A DNA stretch of 64,000 nucleotides. Origin: Macrostomum hystrix. Taxonomy: Eukaryota > Animalia > Platyhelminthes. The notes under the pieces are model-generated. The model was given only the letters and a program-made list of their open reading frames with translations. It was not told the DNA's origin and ran no database searches. Shown here piece after piece: positions 51,601 through 64,000 of this stretch; position 1 is the first letter of the stretch; each line of letters starts with the position of its first letter. The stretch is taken from contig CATNEN010000034.1 of the NCBI GenBank assembly GCA_950097015.1, positions 558,001-622,000 on the forward strand, read 5' to 3'. The translations under genes were made by a program, and so were the position numbers.

Positions 51601-54600
51601 TCATACTGTGACCTCGTGCTACATCTGTTTGGCCGATGATCTCTCTGTAACCTGCGGAGTCAAAGGAGCACACAGGTTCAACACAGAAGCACACAGAAGA
51701 CCAACAGGTTCAATGATCTCCTAAGTGAAGTCAAGATTTCAACACTGAGCCAACTTGTCAATCTCATGTCGAGGATCAAGCATTGGAAAGAGGATAATAG
51801 CGTTGTAACGGAAACCCAAGAGAATAGGGCTGCTCGTCTGTTAGGCATGGCTGTGGATCTGCTGGAAGAAGTGGAAGTACTGGCGGACAACAGCACAGTC
51901 AACTTTGTCTTGGAGCAGCTGAAGCTCAGCAGAAAGCCATCAAGCTCTCGAAAGTATTCACAGCAGCTTCTGATATTCTCATATTTGATTTTCTCATGTA
52001 GTTCCTCGGCGTTCAAGACTATGATGGGGCAGGATGCGCTCTGCCTGCCATCCGATCGCACACAAAGGTCAATGACAATGAAAGGCCTTGACAATGAAGG
52101 CTATCTTAAGCCTTTTAAGGCTTATTCTTCTCAATAGTTTTCAGTTTGATTAAAATAAAATAAGCATTTTGTGCAAACACAAATCGTGTGTTTCTGACTG
52201 GTTGGATCGCAGCTTAGGGGAAAGATTGAAAGATAACGGAGTTTAGGGCTTCCAGTCTAGATGCTATTATTTAGGAGTCAATGACTGAGCAGTGCAAGCA
52301 CTCAAGGTTTTACCTAGGTAGCTCTGTAACTCCTAAATGAACAAAGATATCGAGGGCCCCTGACTGACTGATCGACTAGCCGATTGTGAGGTGTTTCGCA
52401 TTAAACAGGGGGCAAATCGGTGAAGCCCAACGCATTGGCTGACTCATGAAAAATCTGCAATATTAGCCTCGCGCGGTGAGGTACAGAAGATCGTCAGAGA
52501 GAGAGCGAGAGAATCCATACAATGCCGCCCTGTTAGCTGGTTGTACTGTAGCCAGAAGCCCAGAATAGGAACTGCGCTTGAGGCAGCGCGCACAGTTAGA
52601 GCTACATAGGTTCCAGTGCCAGCTTCAAAGTGTTTCTGGGCAGTGAGTTGAAAGGGTCCAAAACTCGAACAGGGCCTCTAGTATTGCTCGCCTCATTTTG
52701 GCAGTGCTCCAGAATCCGGGTGGGCCGGAGCGGGGAGGTAGAGGGGGCAAGGCTGGGCCCGAATCTCCAATTCCCAGCCCGCAATGGTCCTCAGGCTGGC
52801 ATGAAGAATTCCGTTTCGACAAGCCATGGAAGGGGATGAGAGGAACAGGAGTGGAAGTGGGGCAAGAGAGAAATGGGAGAAAGGCTTTCGTAGGCTGGAA
52901 GAAGGAATAGGAGGGAAGCAGACTGGCGACCCGATCCCGAGGGAGATGATGGGGAAAGAGGATTCGGGAAAGGCATGAGGGATAGGGAACACGGAATGGC
53001 CTCTCTACAGCCTACGCCCGAAGCTTGGCAGTTGAGACCAAAGCCTTGAGGGGATGAGAGGAAGCGGAGGAAAAGTTCAAAGCTATCCCCAGAGACTCCA
53101 CTCTCCCCATTGCCTTATACGCGAACGGGGGGGATTTCGACTCCCCCCACGCCGCCCACTGTCTCCACCCCAGCAAGCTCGCATCTGGGACAGCCATCGA
53201 CTAAGTGCACAGCCTGCTAAATTTAGCTGCGAATCGGGGGGCGGCGAAATGCCAGTCTGCAGTTTCCTAGCCTCGATCCTTCATTTCCCCAGTGCTGAAA
53301 TCCCCATCTCAATATAGATAGCGAGGGAAAACACTAGCTAGGGCCATCTTTCATGCGGCGCACAGAAGACAGACTATACGCAGATACTCTAGGTCCCATG
53401 GCCGAATATAGCTTCTGGAATCGGATCCCTTCTATAGGTTGGGGGATGCGTGAGACCTCGAGATTCTCTCAGGACTGCGCAGTTTGAGCACATAATATTC
53501 CTGTCTGGCGGCCAGACTGCCTCAGGGCCCTGGGATGGAGTCGGTCAATTTATTTATGTCAGGGATAAACACATGCATGCACACACGCCAGGTGTAAGCT
53601 ATGCAAAAGGTATGAAGTTTAAAAGTTTATTTTCTAGACGCATTGGTCGGTAATGTTCCGCTATGCTTATATTAATTTTTTACAATGTAATGCCTGCTAA
53701 ATGAAAATGTCTAATTAATAGAGCGGAATGTGTATTGACTTCATCCGTATTCTTGCACCCCTGCATTTAAATTCGCATGCAGTCCAACTGCTATAATATA
53801 TAATATAATTACTGATGGGTCCTTGATTCGGCTAGATAGATGAAGAGAAAACTATAAACAAAATCGGGCAGCCCTGGGGGGCAAAGAGGACGCTGCTCCA
53901 GGCACGTGAGAGGCAAAGCAACGATAGGAGAAGCGAAGAAGCGCGGGCAAGATCAGAAATTGGGATTATTAGAAACTGGGATTCAGAAGTCTGCGTGCTA
54001 CTCTCTAACGACTTCCATCTTTCAGGCAGCCGCTCCGCCTCCCAACAATTTCCCAGGTATTTCTGGTCTCCCATTACGCAGCAAGCTGCACAGCTGCACC
54101 GCGAAGGCACCCCCCGTGCGTCACTATTTGCAAGAAAGCAAAGGAATTGTCGGTAAGGTGCAGCAGGACAGGGGTAGACGCGCCCAATCATCACACACGC
54201 ACACAGAGAGGGAAGGTCACAAGTACCGAAAACTGTTGCCAAAAAACTATGCAGCACTATGGTATAGGAACACCTATCTAGGCATGAAAGGGACTATGAC
54301 GTAGGCTGCCTCAGATACTTGTATAAAATAATACTTTTGTACAAGTTGGACACATTTCTTCGATAAATTTGGTTTCAATACGCCTGACTTTGCACACTGT
54401 TTATTTGCAATTTATTTTAAACGCTGTAATAACTGCTGCATAAGTGGACCCTATTGGCAACACTTTCAGTCAGTTGGCTATAAAGATTTACATCGTACAA
54501 TGTTCCAAGACTTTTTATTGATGAGTACTTAAAAAGCCCTGAGAGAATCAATTTAATCAGCTTTACAAGACACTTCAGTTATTTGATTGAGATGCCTCGA

Positions 54601-57600
54601 ATTGTGAAGTCTATGGTCTGTGAAGTCTATGGTCTGTGAAGTCTATGGTCTGTGAAGTCTATGGTCTGTGAAGTCTATGGTCTGTGAAGTCTATGGTCTG
54701 TGAAGTCTATGGTCTGTGAAGTCTATGGTCTGTGAAGTCTATGGTCTGTGAAGTCTATGGTCTGTGAAGTCTATGGTCTGTGAAGTCTATGGTCTGTGAA
54801 GTCTATGGTCTGTGAAGTCTATGGTCTGTGAAGTCTATGGTCTGTGAAGTCTATGGTCTGTGAAGTCTATGGTCTGTGAAGTCTATGGTCCGTGAAGTCT
54901 ATGGTCTGTGAAGTCTATGGTCTGTGAAGTCTATGGTCTGTGAAGTCTATGGTCTGTGAAGTCTATGGTCTGTGAAGTCTATGGTCTGTGAAGTCTATGG
55001 TCTGTGAAGTCTATGGTCCGTGAAGTCTATGGTCTGTGAAGTCTATGGTCTGTGAAGTCTATGGTCTGTGAAGTCTATGGTCTGTGAAGTCTATGGTTGT
55101 AAAGTCTATGGTCTGTGAAGTATTTTGTCTGGGGCCTGTGTTCTGTGAAGTTGTATGAAGGTGCGAAGGTTTGTGACACAGGGCTCATTAGTGTCTGTGG
55201 ATCGCAAACATGAATGAAATCATGATATACATAAGAATCATGACTTGCGGAACAATATCTTTAAAAATTGAATGCGTCTCATCGCTAGCGATCATATAAG
55301 CTTTATCCATTGAAAGCCCTTCATGAAACATTAAACCAGGAACTAGTACATTTTATAGCAGTCCCTCATAGCCAGCTTTAAATCAATTGCTTAAGAGTTT
55401 CATTGTAGAATTCCCAGTCACAATAAAGAGCACAGACAGTGCACGTGTAAAAAATACTCGCATACAACAGGGAGAAAAAAGTCAACAGCTAACAGGAAAC
55501 CCCAGCACTGCCTCCCTTCCGCACCCCCGTCCAACGTGGGAAAGACGGAAAGACGGAAAAAGCAGAAATGCAGACAAAGCCAACAGCCAAGTGTTGCTAA
55601 CTATAATCTCGCACAGATAGTTGAGCACATAAACATACTGGGGCTACATTATGCATGAGCAGATATGCGAGATCGGTGCAAAATAACTATATGGACTGCC
55701 TGCTCGATAGCACGTTGCGCCTAGATACCGCCGCTGGCTCTGTTTACATTGGAATTTGCTGAGCAATTAGCTCGCATGAAGACAAAACATAACAGAAGTC
55801 TTCCGCCTTTAATCCCGACTGTAAAAATACTTGGCATAGAGGCAAGACGGCTGGACCAGCGCGCATACTTTCCTCATCACGTGACTGGCCAATGCATTTG
55901 CCCCTTGGCCACCCCACCAGCGGGGCAGCGCTCACACTGGCCTCGGGCGGAAAGGTTTATCACTCCACTCCAAAAAACTTTCTCGCTCTCTCAACCTGTC
56001 CTTTACAGAGTAGACCAGTTTCTGATGAGAAAACAAACAGGTGTCTCAGAGGATATTACAACAGGCGCCGCGCAAGGGCTATTCTTTACAAAAAAAACTC
56101 CATTGAGGTTAACATAAGGACGTCAAAGTACTGTGTATTTACAGTTGCGCCGATGCAGACATTGTCATAATTAATGTGATAATATGCCACCTTCTGAACC
56201 CGCTGACCTCACTGTCCTGATAACTTGACAGGGGCATACACCCTGTCAACTGCCCATAAATCCTGTACTTTATAGCCTCCTGACACTCCCGACAGCCTCC
56301 AATCTGACACCGAGGGTCCTGTACTACAGCCTCCAATCTAACACCCGGTTCTGTACTACAGCCTTCTATCTGACACCGGGTACTGTACTACAGCTTCCAA
56401 TCTGACACCGGGTTCTGTACTACAGCCTTCTATCTGACACCGGGTACTGTACTATAGCCTTCTATCTGACACCGGGTCCTGTACTACAGCCTCCAATCTA
56501 ACACCGGGTCCTGTACTACAGCCTCCAATCTAACACCGGGTCCTGTACTACAGCCTTCTATCTGACACCGGGTACTGTACTACAGCCTTCAATCTGACAC
56601 CGGGTCCTGTACTACAGCCTCCAATCTGACACCGGGTCCTGTACTACAGCCTCCAATCTAACACCGGGTCCTGTACTACAGCCTCCTATCTGACACCGGG
56701 TACTGTACTACAGCCTTCTATCTGACACCGGGTCCTGTACTACAGCCTTCTATCTGACACAGGGTACTGTACTACAGCCTCCAATCTGACACCGAGTCCT
56801 GTACTACAGCCTCCAATCTGAAACCGGGTACTGTACTACAGCCTTCTATCTGACACCGGGTCCTGTACTACAGCCTTCTATCTGACACCCCGTCATCACA
56901 ATCCGTCATTCATCACGCCTTCTTCGGCTTTTCCTTAATCCTGGAATCGTCATTAACTGGTGACCCTTTTCATATAGTTTAAGTCTTCGCGGCATCCATC
57001 AGTGGATGACTAATCATCATGGCGTTGTAACATTGGCTCACCTTGAATGTTCATGGCGATCTTATCCTGCCAAGGCTTCAGCTCCGAAGGGCTACCGAAG
57101 CCCAGTAACACCAGGCGCTCGTGGCAGGTCAGGATCAGGATGGAGCGGACAGACGATCGCTCATTTTTCCATGCCGCGTCACTGTCCAAGCCATAGACAA
57201 TGTCGTATGGTGACTGGCCAATCAGATCGATTGATTTCTTGTACTCGGCGGCCTCTTTGTAGACAAAAAGTTTTATTGCTGCTGTAAATCGGTTTAAAAA
57301 TAGACAGGTGGGATTCATCAATAATATTACCCAAAGTTTACCTTGCTTAAGCAGGCTATTAAAAACAATAATTAAAAACAACTCACCACTGTATGGCGGC
57401 GTCTTGGCAATAACACAGAAGCGTTGCTTCCACTGAAAGGAACAAAAAGGTTTGTAGGATTGAAATTAAATTATATATATATACATTTTTACAAAAATGT
57501 GCATTAGTAAACTTAAAGCGAGCTACATTACCTGAATTAGTATACCATATATACATTTTTATATAATATCAGTTTATAAATATGCATTATCAGATGGCTA

Positions 57601-58431
57601 CTGAACTGTACTAAATATGTCACAGAACAAAAAATGATACACACTCAATCAATGGAACTCTTTTTTGTTTGTTTTAAGAAACCATGTAATCATAAGAAAA
57701 AATTGTTAAAATTCTTTTTCCATGCAAAATAAATACTACTTGTCATCACAGAAAGTAAAATAAAGAATTTTTTTTTCAAAAACAGATACATATTTTCAAT
57801 AAGTAAATATATATTTGAGCAAATTAATAATAAGACAATAGCTAAAGCTATTAAAATGTGAAGGGACAAAAGCTTGCATGTCAGTGGAAATATCTATCAA
57901 TTTCTAGAATTTCAATGAGTTCGATTTAATTTCTAGCTATATAACATAGTCATATACAAACCCCTTTCCAAAATGCAGAATTTCTAGCATATAAAATGTA
58001 TATTTGTATTATTTTCCCAAATGTGTACTCCTATACAAAAATAAATACACTGATTAGAAGACAGGAGCTTTGACCTAAAATATAATTAATAATAATTTCT
58101 ATACTTTAGCACATATCATTAGTCTCAGTTGTTTTACAGACCACTATAAAAATTAATTTCTATAATATCATTGCATTCTTATTAGACGCTTTATCATTGA
58201 AGAAAGGATAATCACTTTAAATGAGGTATTTCGATTGGGTCATCAAAGTCCTGATGGAATAGTTAAGTCGTTCAATTTTATGTTCTAAAAGCAGAAAACT
58301 ATATGCATCGTGCATTTATGTGACATGAAAAAACTTGCGTCGTACCAATTTTACTGAAATCTTACCTTTTTATTAATCAGGATACGAACAGGTCCTGACA
58401 CAATCACAACAGTGCTACTAGGAACAGGCAT
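33667..58431 (-). CDS. DOK7: DOK7-like PH + IRS-type PTB adaptor with a long low-complexity tail; exons 58431-58366, 57432-57387, 57281-57042, 47986-47753, 38843-38739, 35589-34904, 34593-33667 (~767 aa)
   Basis: Spliced frame reads MPVPSSTVVIVSGPVRILINKK|WKQRFCVIAKTPPYSAAIKLFVYKE...LILTCHERLVLLGFGSPSELKPWQDKI...WELRFLKRY...FIFEGDIGCGKFRGMQYF. This parallels vertebrate DOK7 as recalled (VEGQVKLRDGKKWKSRW; MLGFDSHEAMCAWDARI; FIFEGGTRCG). All phases close (2304 nt). Confidence 0.85.
34690..34860 (-). mobile_element. tRNA-headed SINE-like element, copy A (in the DOK7-like last intron)
   Basis: Shares aggtgtNtacatctg..tgactttctcatt.tcaggca, gcc...ggccctcaa, aagcccc and ggaatc with 47084 and 59818. 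The minus strand has the B-box-like gctcgattcc at 34807-34798. Confidence 0.6.
35685..38484. mobile_element. Repeat cassette copy 2 (intronic): one 32-bp unit + shared flank + ~2.6-kb 16-bp array + shared 3' flank
   Basis: See copy 1. The long ORFs here (LHKLHTSQAPYFTSS) are repeat artefacts. Confidence 0.78.
38907..43120. repeat. Intronic 32-bp satellite (gggaattgggatgagttcacactgtgacwtgt), ~130 copies, with a ~1340-bp higher-order repeat
   Basis: Period 32. The diagnostic variant agtttacac occurs at 39621, 40961, 42300 and at 40547, 41886. Confidence 0.96.
43333..43371. repeat. (TG)n microsatellite
   Basis: Direct reading. Confidence 0.9.
43538..43551. promoter_or_regulatory. Consensus RFX X-box (GTTTCCATGGCAAC)
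   Basis: Matches the established GTNRCC/GTYNCC-AT-RGNAAC-type palindromic consensus; function is inferred. Confidence 0.45.
44134..44817. repeat. Near-perfect 30-bp tandem repeat (atgaactatccagtgattcagtacacctgt), ~23 copies
   Basis: Exact column alignment in the 60-nt lines. Confidence 0.97.
45335..46662. repeat. Near-perfect 14-bp repeat (cagatcgcagatcc), ~95 copies
   Basis: Direct reading; source of the RSQIADP/SGICDLG ORFs on both strands. Confidence 0.97.
46985..47285 (-). mobile_element. tRNA-headed SINE-like element, copy B (DOK7-like intron 4)
   Basis: Minus-strand 5' end gggctgggtggcagaagggttaa is A-box-like. It aligns with copy C over ~300 bp, including gactcctgag..acaca..atac.gt..gca.gcat. 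Confidence 0.65.
47305..47745. repeat. Degenerate 14-bp repeat (atcccagatccatt / atcccagatcagtta)
   Basis: Direct reading; shares the cccagatc core with the 45335 array. Confidence 0.8.
48040..48490. repeat. 33-bp tandem repeat (gtgagatctcactctcacaatcacactgcagct), ~13 copies
   Basis: Direct reading. Confidence 0.93.
49290..49850. repeat. Degenerate 20-bp repeat (ttttgtcctgtccaatccta)
   Basis: Regular from ~49670; decayed upstream of that. Confidence 0.8.
50597..50918. repeat. 20-21-bp tandem repeat (gagcatcc(c)tgtctaacaggt), ~16 copies
   Basis: Direct reading. Confidence 0.93.
51207..52137 (+). mobile_element. Degenerate THAP-domain / P-element(THAP9)-type transposase, 5' fragment only
   Basis: Frameshifted THAP motifs LDWKR..IV(C)SVHFHPNEF...LKAGAVPFVF (51330-51465). 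These are followed by FVLEQLKL...RKYSQQLLIFSYLIFSCSSSAFKTM...LCLPSDRT, typical of the P-type transposase N-terminus. No catalytic core follows. Confidence 0.72.
54603..55121. repeat. 16-bp tandem repeat (tgtgaagtctatggtc), ~32 copies
   Basis: Direct reading; the reverse complement resembles the cttcaca...ccata 16-mer. Confidence 0.95.
56315..56888. repeat. 32-bp tandem repeat (ctgtactacagccttctatctgacaccgggty), ~18 copies
   Basis: Period 32 (56351, 56383, ...). Confidence 0.93.
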
Positions 58432-58942
58432 TCTGTTTAAACTCCAGTAGAGCTTTAGAAGATTAACGAAACGTCATTCCGGTTTAAGAGGAGATAATAG
58501 ATTTTCTTCAAAAGTACTTAAGAAATTGTGTGATTCGGATAGACAAATTTACTATTTTTTTACAAATACAGTCTTGCGAGCGCGTGCTAGACCATGTGAT
58601 AATAAAAAGAGCTATTTATAAAAAAACTAGAAGTTTCTTCGCGAAAGTCAACAAATAAGTTTTCGTATGAAATGCCAATTGTATTTCTAAATAACTTTTT
58701 TATAACTATTTAATACCGTTTTTAATGCTAACTAATTGGTGCAATTTAAAACTCGTTAATATTTGTTTTAAATTGCAACATTTAAATTGCTTTTAATACT
58801 TGATTTTTATTTATGATGATTCACGAATACGTCTGCTTGTCTTAGGCTTACTAGTATTTAGTTAGTTCTTAGGCAATATTGTATCAAATAAGACGATTTA
58901 TTCGTTCTTTAAGGGTTCTGCACTTGTGTATAAAAAATTAGC
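58432..58942. promoter_or_regulatory. Short (~510 bp between start codons) head-to-head interval, probable bidirectional promoter of DOK7-like and DDX5/17
   Basis: ATG at 58431 (-) and ATG at 58943 (+), each followed by a strong gtaag donor. Confidence 0.6.
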
Positions 58943-62690
<3,748 letters not shown>

Positions 62691-64000
62691 ATAGTACAAA
62701 GTTATTATACTGTACGGCCTTGAGTCAGCAATTTTTATATTGGCAAAGTCGAAAAACTACTACTCTGACTTTCTGATGTGCTACAGATTTAGTTAGTTCT
62801 GCATTTAATTTACTGGCAATTTTTTATTCTTGATTCTCATTACAAAATACTTAATTATGGAATTGTCTTTATAAAGGTAAGGCTGTCGAAGTTTAACCAT
62901 TGCACTACTCAAAGTCTAATTTGGGTTGCTAAATTGCAACACTCTTCCTCTTGTTTGGTGAGCGAAGCGATTGCGCCGCGGCCTAGTAGGCTATTATTGA
63001 CTCAAATAGTAACTATGAGAAAAGAGCTTCGTTTAAAAAGGCTCACCATCGCGGTCTTCAACCTAGTCAATCATCAATGAAAAATTAGATATGAAACTCC
63101 CAATCTCTTTTTCGGCTATAGTTCTTGCTCTCAAACGTGTTTGCTTGCGCGCGTCGTGGCAGTGGTCGCACCTGCAACAGGGACAGTGTACATCGGCGGG
63201 CAGCTGGACAGGCTCTCTCTCCATCACTCCTATCTGTCCACTGTCGGCCTTATCGGGTCTCCGCAGTGACCTGTCTCTGTTGCGCCTGCGTTGTGTACTT
63301 CCATTCAGAGTCCCCGTCGCCCTATTTCGTTTTACAAACAAAACGCTAATCCGCATTAGCTAAGCTGTGTGCTGGCCAATGTGAATAACAGTGAGTGACG
63401 ATGGACTCAAGCACGCGCTTGTGTACACAGCTAGCCAATCGCGGGCCTGCAGTGACCGCTGTCGCAGCCGCAGCAGGAGCCGCCGCCGCCACAGTGTGAA
63501 CACTTGATTTTGGGCCTCGTCAAGTAAGTCTACTCTTGCGGCAATTCATTTTGAGCATTCTGTATTGCTTCTTAGTTAAATTAAGACGAGTATTAAAAAA
63601 ACTATCATACTCTGTTTCAAATTGAACAATAAATAATTAACATAATTCAATAAAGGCACAAATTTTATTGACAGCGAATTTAAACATTAAATTGCCTTCT
63701 TAAGCCAGTGAGTGAATGCGCCGCTTACTTGCTGTTGCTTCTGTTCAGGCACTTTCTATGAGCATGTCTGTAGAAATTCATAATTTAGCTTAAAAACTCG
63801 TTCTAAAAGCAAATAAAAATGATCTAGATGAAGCAATCGATGCTCAAATATTGCCGCCTAAGGCCCCAGGTGCATTGTGGCGACGCCAGCACAGACGGCT
63901 CATGCAAACCATTATTCTACTCATTATCACATGTTCCGTGCTATCCTATGGGTTCTAAGATTCTTATCTCACTCTCTTGGGATAAAAAAGAGAATCACTT

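Noticed and set aside
52330-54300. GC-richer block with many short ORFs, possibly a retroelement fragment
   Set aside because: No RT, endonuclease, RNase H, integrase or LTR features recognisable by eye.

Overview
Eukaryotic, intron-rich animal DNA. GC-rich exons separated by AT-rich introns packed with minisatellites suggest a free-living flatworm such as Macrostomum; this is an inference. Seven multi-exon genes were reconstructed by hand from splice sites and reading-frame continuity: an SLC25/UCP-like mitochondrial carrier (+), DUSP11/PIR1 RNA 5'-phosphatase (+), a GAB/DOS-like PH adaptor (+), a PP2D1-like PP2C that has lost its metal-binding aspartates (+), DDX6 (-), a ~25-kb DOK7-like PH-PTB adaptor (-), and the 5' part of DDX5/17 (+), which is head-to-head with the DOK7-like gene. 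Mobile remnants are an internally deleted, intron-containing Crypton tyrosine recombinase and a degenerate THAP/P-element-type transposase. More than 20 tandem arrays account for almost all long ORF-track hits, which are not proteins. The most interesting candidate is a ~200-350 bp element present three times on the minus strand. It has a tRNA-like (Pol III A/B box) head fused to a hairpin-H box-hairpin(UGAG loop)-ACA module, i.e. a possible tRNA/H-ACA-scaRNA chimeric SINE. Also notable is a compound repeat cassette whose two minisatellite modules expand independently in different copies. All calls were made by eye; no database search or folding program was run.
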